64,000 nucleotides of DNA from a virus. Its lineage: Duplodnaviria > Caudoviricetes. This document shows, piece by piece, positions 58,110 through 64,000 of the stretch; within the stretch, counting starts at the first letter, position 1; every line of letters begins with the position of its first letter. The notes beneath the pieces were generated by a model, which made no database searches, was not told the origin of the DNA, and was given only the letters and a program-made list of their open reading frames with translations. The DNA lies in IMG/VR virus record IMGVR_UViG_3300021958_000024; one strand, written 5' to 3'. Position numbers and translations under genes: made by a program.

Positions 58110-58697
58110 ATGCCCGAAAGTTACAAAAAGTTTGAATATGAAACTGTAGATAATAGAAACTTTTTATCTGCGGTAAAGTTTAGGTTTATATTAAACAGGG
58201 CACCGAAAGTTTCTTTTCTTTCAAACTCAGTCAATATTCCTGGCATGACATTGGGAATTGCTGAACAACCAACATATCTGAATGATGTTCCTCACCCTGG
58301 GGATAAGATTCAGTTTGAAGATTTTAATCTAAAGTTTTTAGTTGATGAAGATTTGACAAACTACTTAGAAATCCAACATTGGATGAGAGGACTTGGATTT
58401 CCAGAAAACTTAAAAGAGATATACGATCTTCAAGATGCTGATGATAACTATATCAGTATGAGATGGGGAGCAGCAATGAATGTATATTCAGATGGCACAT
58501 TATTAGTGAAGACAAGTAATGAACGTAATAACTATAATGTAGTATTTAAAGGAATGTTTCCTTATCGGTTATCAGAACTAAACTTTGACGCTACAAATAC
58601 TGATGAAGAATACTTCACAGCAGATGTCAGTTTTAAATATATGATGTATAATATTACAGACTCACAAGGAGAAATCTTAAGACCTAGATATGATTAG
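58110..58697 (+). CDS. g3: Tail tube terminator/completion protein gp3
   Basis: NFLSAVKF, PGDKIQFEDF, FLVDEDLTNY; usual position after g23. Confidence 0.88.
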   Translation: MPESYKKFEYETVDNRNFLSAVKFRFILNRAPKVSFLSNSVNIPGMTLGIAEQPTYLNDVPHPGDKIQFEDFNLKFLVDEDLTNYLEIQHWMRGLGFPENLKEIYDLQDADDNYISMRWGAAMNVYSDGTLLVKTSNERNNYNVVFKGMFPYRLSELNFDATNTDEEYFTADVSFKYMMYNITDSQGEILRPRYD

Positions 58698-59124
58698 TCT
58701 CGAAACCCTTCAAGAAATGTGGGAAAAAGATTCTAAAATAGATATTGATAATCTACACCACGAATCTTTGAAAATTCCATCTTTACATGCAAAATATTTT
58801 GATCTTTATAATAATCTAGTTTTACTTAGAAAACAAGCAGAGCAGCAGAAAAAAAATATAAGACATGATAGATATCAATATTATTCTGGAAGAGCAGATC
58901 CAGAGGTATATGTCGAAAATCCTTTTCCGAAAAAGGTTAGAGACAAAAGTGATATGGAACGATATCTAGATGCTGATGAAAAGTTATCTAAGATTATTTT
59001 AAAAATAGATTACTATGAGGTAATGCTTAAGTACATTGAGGATATTTTGAAGCAGATTCATAATAGATCCTATCAAATCAAAAACTCAATTGATTACATG
59101 GCGTTTCAATCGGGGTTAGGATAA
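58690..59124 (+). CDS. uvsY: Recombination mediator UvsY
   Basis: WEKDSKID, LHAKY, YLDAD, RSYQIKNSI. Confidence 0.9.
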   Translation: MISLETLQEMWEKDSKIDIDNLHHESLKIPSLHAKYFDLYNNLVLLRKQAEQQKKNIRHDRYQYYSGRADPEVYVENPFPKKVRDKSDMERYLDADEKLSKIILKIDYYEVMLKYIEDILKQIHNRSYQIKNSIDYMAFQSGLG

Positions 59125-59163
59125 GCAGATAAATAGATATAACAAAGATGATTTTTTTGTTAT

Positions 59164-60627
59164 ATGTGCGACGTAAAAATTCATAAAAAGAATGAGGTTT
59201 ACATTAAGTTAGAATGTGAACCTCATATTTTGTATGAACTATCAGAATATTTTACATTTGAAGTTCCTGGTGCAAAGTTTAGTCCTCAAATGAGGAGTAA
59301 GCACTGGGACGGAATGATTCGTCTTCTCTCAGTTCATACGGGAGAATTATATGTTGGTCTTTTAGATAAACTTATTTCAAAACTGAATATACATGATTAT
59401 ACTTACGAGTTTGTAGAAAACAAATATTATGGTCTTCCATTTGAGTATAATGAAGAGATCTCAATGGAAGGCGTAAAAGATTACATGACATCTATTTGCT
59501 CTTTTTCTCCAAGGAGTTATCAAGTTGAGGGAGTATATAGTGCATTAAGGTATAATCGAAAACTATTGATAAGCCCCACTGCCAGCGGCAAATCGTTGAT
59601 GATTTATTCTGCTGTAAGATATTATGTGGATAAAGGTAAAAAAATCCTTTTAGTTGTTCCAACGACATCTCTTGTAGAACAGATGTACAAGGATTTCCAG
59701 GAGTATGGTTGGGATGCTGAGTCATATTGTCACAAGATTTATGGTGGAAAGGAGAAATCAAATCAAGCACCAGTTACTATAACAACTTGGCAATCTATTT
59801 ACAAGCTAGATAGAAAGTTTTTTGATGAGTATGAGGTAGTGATTGGAGATGAAGCGCACTTATTTAAAAGTAAGTCTCTAGTTAGTATCATGAGTAAATT
59901 ACACTCATGCAAGTATAGATTTGGGTTCACTGGTACTTTAGACGGATCACAGACGCATAAATGGGTGTTAGAGGGTCTTTTTGGACCTTCATACAAAGTG
60001 ACCAGAACTAAAGAACTTATGGATAAAGGTCATCTTTCAAAGTTAAATATTATTTGTTTAAACTTGAAGCATAACCCCCAAAAGTTTAATACATTTGAAG
60101 ATGAAGTACAGTTTATTATAGGTAATGAAAAAAGAAACAAGTTTATTAGAAATCTAGTATTAAGTATTAATGGAAATACCCTTGTACTGTTTTCACGAAT
60201 AGAAGGTCATGGAGTGCCACTGTTTAATTTAATAAATAGTTCTACCGAAGAGGACAGAAAAGTATTTTTTGTTCATGGAGGTGTTGATACTGCTGAAAGA
60301 GAAAAGGTCAGAGAAATAACGGAAAGAGAAAGTAATGCAATTATTATTGCATCTTATGGAGTATTTTCTACTGGCATTAACATAAAAAATCTGCATAATG
60401 TTGTCTTTGCTTCACCGAGTAAGTCTAGGATTAGGAACCTACAATCAATCGGAAGAGTGTTAAGAAAAGGCAATAATAAATCAAAAGCAGTTTTATATGA
60501 TATTGCTGATGATTGTACATATAACTCACAAAAAAACTATACATTAAATCACTTCATTGAAAGAATAAAAATATATAACGAAGAAAACTTTAACTATGAA
60601 ATAATCCCAGTTAACTTATCTCTATGA
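59164..60627 (+). CDS. uvsW: RNA-DNA/DNA helicase UvsW
   Basis: PRSYQ, SPTASGKS, DEAH, QSIGRVLR. Confidence 0.96.
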   Translation: MCDVKIHKKNEVYIKLECEPHILYELSEYFTFEVPGAKFSPQMRSKHWDGMIRLLSVHTGELYVGLLDKLISKLNIHDYTYEFVENKYYGLPFEYNEEISMEGVKDYMTSICSFSPRSYQVEGVYSALRYNRKLLISPTASGKSLMIYSAVRYYVDKGKKILLVVPTTSLVEQMYKDFQEYGWDAESYCHKIYGGKEKSNQAPVTITTWQSIYKLDRKFFDEYEVVIGDEAHLFKSKSLVSIMSKLHSCKYRFGFTGTLDGSQTHKWVLEGLFGPSYKVTRTKELMDKGHLSKLNIICLNLKHNPQKFNTFEDEVQFIIGNEKRNKFIRNLVLSINGNTLVLFSRIEGHGVPLFNLINSSTEEDRKVFFVHGGVDTAEREKVREITERESNAIIIASYGVFSTGINIKNLHNVVFASPSKSRIRNLQSIGRVLRKGNNKSKAVLYDIADDCTYNSQKNYTLNHFIERIKIYNEENFNYEIIPVNLSL

Positions 60628-61019
60628 TGGAAGAAGACTTTTACGCATCAATAAAATTTAAAAGTGGTGAAGAAGTATTTGCTAAAGTACTATCTACAGA
60701 TGAAGGTGGAGAAAAACTATTAGTTGTAACTAACCCTGTTATTATTAAAGAAATAAGAACAAGACAAGGTTATGGATATAAAATAGAACCTTGGTTAAAG
60801 ACTACTGATGATGATATGTTCATTGTTAATCTAGATGATGTATTAACCATTAGTGAATCTACTAATAGTGAAATCATTAAAATGCATACTTCATTTACTA
60901 GAAGATATGACAATGTAAAGAGATTTAATAATACAACTGGTATAACTAGAGAAATGGGATATCTCTCTAGTGTATCTAGATTTAAAAAAGTATTAGAGAA
61001 TATCTATAATAATAGCTAA
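60624..61019 (+). CDS. Conserved-type hypothetical protein (Sm-like N-terminus IKFKSGEEV)
   Basis: 131-aa ORF between uvsW and g55. Confidence 0.75.
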   Translation: MMEEDFYASIKFKSGEEVFAKVLSTDEGGEKLLVVTNPVIIKEIRTRQGYGYKIEPWLKTTDDDMFIVNLDDVLTISESTNSEIIKMHTSFTRRYDNVKRFNNTTGITREMGYLSSVSRFKKVLENIYNNS

Positions 61020-61081
61020 AGCTAATCTCAATCAACCCTGTCAAAGGTATTATACCAAGAATCGATAGGTAATGTCAAGCT

Positions 61082-61109
61082 TTGATTATCTTGCTTTATG
61101 TGCTATAAT
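61082..61109 (+). promoter_or_regulatory. sigma70-like promoter for g55
   Basis: TTGATT-N16-TATAAT with extended -10 TG. Confidence 0.65.
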
Positions 61110-61123
61110 GTCTACATATTAGT

Positions 61124-61678
61124 ATGTTAAATATGGCAATGACTTTTACCACAATGACAAAAAGAAAAAGATCAGAACATTATGTGAATAACAAAGAGTT
61201 TTTATCTGCTCTTATTGATTATCAAGCTGCTGTAGAAAGGTCTTATATTGAAGAGTTCGGAGAAGTTCTGACAAAAGATAAAAAAGGACAAAAGTGGAGC
61301 ACTAAACCTGTTATCCCAAAATATATTGGAGCGTGCTTTTTAAAGATTGCTACTCATCTATCATATAAAACTAATTTCATCAACTATATTTTTATTGATG
61401 ATATGGTGTCTGATGGGATTGAAAACTGTGTGCAATATATCCACAACTTTAATCCAGATAAATCTAAAAATCCTTTTGCTTATTTTACTCAAATCATTCA
61501 TTACGCTTTTCTGAGAAGGATTCAAAAAGAAAAAAGACAGTTGGATATTAAAAGTAAGATTCTTGAAAAAACTGGATTTGATGAAGTCTTTTGGAATGAC
61601 AATAACACTATTGACAGTTCCAACTACTCGGACTACAATAGCATCAAGGAAAGTGTTCACATGAAAACCCGTTACTAA
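61124..61678 (+). CDS. g55: Late-transcription sigma factor gp55
   Basis: HYVNNKEF, NPFAYFTQIIHYAFLRRIQKEK. Confidence 0.96.
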   Translation: MLNMAMTFTTMTKRKRSEHYVNNKEFLSALIDYQAAVERSYIEEFGEVLTKDKKGQKWSTKPVIPKYIGACFLKIATHLSYKTNFINYIFIDDMVSDGIENCVQYIHNFNPDKSKNPFAYFTQIIHYAFLRRIQKEKRQLDIKSKILEKTGFDEVFWNDNNTIDSSNYSDYNSIKESVHMKTRY

Positions 61679-62728
61679 ATGAAAGTCGCTATTATCACAG
61701 ATACTCATTACGGTGCCCGTAAAGGGTCTAAAGTTTATCATGATTATTTTGAACTATTTTATAAAAACGTATTTTTTCCGACACTAGAAGAATATAATAT
61801 TGATACTGTCATCCATATGGGTGATGTCTTTGATAGTAGAAAGTCTATTGATTATACATCTTTAGAATGGGCAAAACGAGTTGTTTTTGAACCTTTATCA
61901 AAGTATAAAGTTCACATGATTATTGGAAATCATGATACTTATTATAAAAACACAAATAGAGTTAACTCTCCAAATTTACTATTAAAGTCATATTCAAATA
62001 TTAAAACATATTCTGATCCGACAGAAGTAAAAATTGGTGGACTAAATATTTTACTTTTACCTTGGATCAATGAAGACAATCAAGAACTTTGCCATAAACT
62101 CATTAAAAATACAACTAGCAACTGTGCGATGGGGCACCTTGAGCTTAACGGATTTAGAGTTAATTCGCAAATCGTCATGGACCATGGTCATGAGAGCAAA
62201 CTATATTCAAAGTTCACCAAGGTCTTCAGCGGTCACTTTCACACTAGATCGGATGATGGACGAATCTTCTACTTGGGAAACCCATACGAAATGTTCTGGT
62301 CAGATGTTGGTGATAGGAGAGGATTCACCATCTTTGATACAGAAACTCTTGAGCATTTTCCAGTAGATAATCCTTATAGTCTATATCATATTGTTGAGTA
62401 TGATGATTTGACTATGGATTCTTTTAAACTAAATCATTTTGATGTTAGTAAATATGAAGACAAAATTGTAAAGGTCATTGTCAAAAACAAAACAAAACCT
62501 AAAGTGTTTAATAAGTTTTTAGACAAAATATATCTTGCAAATCCATATGAGGTTAAAATAACCGAAATCCTTCAAGAAAGTAGTATTGAAAATGAAGAAG
62601 ATATTGACATTGAAAATACAATGACAATACTTTCAAAATATATTGAAAATGCTGATGTTGACCTAAATAAAAGTAAGGTTCAAAATCTTGTACGAAAGAT
62701 TTATAAACAAGCGTGTGACATTGGCTAG
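61679..62728 (+). CDS. g47: Recombination endonuclease subunit gp47 (Mre11-like)
   Basis: DTHYG, GDVFD, GNHD, GHLE, SGHFH phosphoesterase motifs. Confidence 0.96.
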   Translation: MKVAIITDTHYGARKGSKVYHDYFELFYKNVFFPTLEEYNIDTVIHMGDVFDSRKSIDYTSLEWAKRVVFEPLSKYKVHMIIGNHDTYYKNTNRVNSPNLLLKSYSNIKTYSDPTEVKIGGLNILLLPWINEDNQELCHKLIKNTTSNCAMGHLELNGFRVNSQIVMDHGHESKLYSKFTKVFSGHFHTRSDDGRIFYLGNPYEMFWSDVGDRRGFTIFDTETLEHFPVDNPYSLYHIVEYDDLTMDSFKLNHFDVSKYEDKIVKVIVKNKTKPKVFNKFLDKIYLANPYEVKITEILQESSIENEEDIDIENTMTILSKYIENADVDLNKSKVQNLVRKIYKQACDIG

Positions 62729-62733
62729 AAGGT

Positions 62734-62988
62734 ATGTTTATAATCACTATTGCTGGGAAAGAAGATGAAGGAGCTTATTCAGTCAAAGATGAGTTTGATG
62801 AAAAAGTTCTTTACATCTTTGAAGAAGAAGATGATGCAACTAGATTTGCTATGATGCTTGAGGATCAAGGTACTCCTGAAATGCACGTTATGGAAGTCGA
62901 GGCAGATGCTTTAACCCAAGCATGTCAAATGCATGATCATAAATATCAAATATTTACAGTAGACGATTTTGTAATCCCACCAGAATAA
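62734..62988 (+). CDS. Hypothetical protein
   Basis: 84-aa acidic ORF (FEEEDDATRFA) between g47 and g46. Confidence 0.75.
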   Translation: MFIITIAGKEDEGAYSVKDEFDEKVLYIFEEEDDATRFAMMLEDQGTPEMHVMEVEADALTQACQMHDHKYQIFTVDDFVIPPE

Positions 62989-62991
62989 AAC

Positions 62992-64000
62992 ATGATTCTC
63001 TTTGAAAAAATTCGTTATAAAAACTTTCTTTCTACAGGAAATGGTTTTACTGAACTAGATTTGAATGATTCAAATACTACACTGATTGTAGGAACAAATG
63101 GATCAGGAAAAAGTACCTTTCTTGATGCTTTAACTTTTGGATTGTTTGGAAAATCTTTTAGGGGTATTAATAAACCTCAACTAATAAACTCTACAAATGA
63201 AAAAGATTGTCTAGTTGAGATTGAGTTTACTATTGGAAGTGTTAAGTGGAAAGTTCGTAGAGGTATAAAACCTGCAATATTTGAAATCCATAAAAATGAT
63301 CAACCCCTAGATCAAGATGCTTCATCCATTGAGCAGCAAAAGTGGTTTGAACAAACAGTTTTAAAAATGAACTACCGTTCATTTACACAGATTGTTATTT
63401 TAGGAAGTAGCAACTTTGTTCCTTTTATGCAACTTACTGCAGCTAGTAGGAGAGAAGTTATTGAAGATTTATTAGACATTAAAATATTTTCTTTGATGAG
63501 TTTGGTTATAAAAGAAGATATTAAAATGCTTAAAAGCAATCTTAATAATCTGACTCTAAAACGAGAATCTTTGCATGAAAAAATATCTATGCAGAATGGA
63601 TTTCTTGAAGATATTGAAAAACGGGGCAAAGAGTTTATTGCAGAAAAATCAAATAAGGTTAACGAACTTATTAAAGAAGAAAATGAAGTTGAAAATGCCA
63701 CTGAAGAGTTACTTCTTAAACTTGAAAAGATGGATGATGAACTTCAACAGTTTTCTAACGCTAGAGAAAAACTTCGTAAGTTGGGTAATCTGAAGGGAAA
63801 AATCACTCAAAAAATATCAACGATTACAAAAGAGTATAAGTTTTTCAATGACAATACAGTATGCCCTACCTGCACTCAAAGTATTGAAGAAACTTTTCGG
63901 TTAAATAGAATAGGTGATGCCAAACAAAAGGCAAAAGAACTCAAATCTGGTTTTGAAGAACTTGAGAGGACTATTCGTGGTGAGGAAATGCGAGAACAAA
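62992..64000 (+). CDS. g46: Recombination ATPase subunit gp46 (Rad50-like), 5' part
   Basis: MILFEKIRYKNFLSTGN, GTNGSGKS Walker A, CPTC zinc hook near 63862; runs off window. Confidence 0.95.
   Translation, partial: MILFEKIRYKNFLSTGNGFTELDLNDSNTTLIVGTNGSGKSTFLDALTFGLFGKSFRGINKPQLINSTNEKDCLVEIEFTIGSVKWKVRRGIKPAIFEIHKNDQPLDQDASSIEQQKWFEQTVLKMNYRSFTQIVILGSSNFVPFMQLTAASRREVIEDLLDIKIFSLMSLVIKEDIKMLKSNLNNLTLKRESLHEKISMQNGFLEDIEKRGKEFIAEKSNKVNELIKEENEVENATEELLLKLEKMDDELQQFSNAREKLRKLGNLKGKITQKISTITKEYKFFNDNTVCPTCTQSIEETFRLNRIGDAKQKAKELKSGFEELERTIRGEEMREQ

Noticed and set aside
19561-63793. Many short minus-strand and alternate-frame ORFs inside structural genes
   Set aside because: Shadow frames of strongly coding + strand genes with no motifs or RBS; only those coinciding with codon-usage shifts were kept as findings
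1-64000. tRNA/rRNA genes, introns, inteins, integrase or transposase
   Set aside because: None recognisable by eye; core genes g17, g20, g23, uvsW and g47 are uninterrupted and of ordinary length. A covariance-model scan was not possible

Overview
A 64-kb segment of a T4-like myovirus, almost certainly a cyanophage (Kyanoviridae-type gene order), with all credible genes on the + strand. Three zones: (1) ~0-14.4 kb, an accessory/early region of small ORFs cut into cassettes by about a dozen copies of a 24-bp palindromic element upstream of sigma70-like promoters; it includes a nuclease/helicase/methylase cluster (EcoRI-family endonuclease + D12-class adenine methyltransferase + a second PD-(D/E)xK-like ORF) and a non-coding locus with three TTTTCCACA (cyanobacterial DnaA-box-type) motifs next to a ~320-bp tandem repeat array; (2) ~14.4-16.8 kb, a transition zone with TTATTCG repeats, a local GC-skew flip, a glycosyltransferase and a decayed gene; (3) ~16.8-64 kb, the conserved virion/morphogenesis block (g25, g6, g7, g8, large structural protein, g13-g23, g3) followed by uvsY, uvsW, g55, g47 and the 5' part of g46. 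The strongest new signal: the tetramer AATT is almost absent from core genes (0-1 per 1.2 kb in two hand-counted samples) but normal in two apparently foreign genes, and the phage encodes an endonuclease carrying the EcoRI-type AATT-reading GNAIER motif translationally coupled to an adenine methyltransferase. This suggests a phage-encoded AATT-directed restriction-modification system. All counts are by hand and all homology calls are from motif recognition, not database searches.
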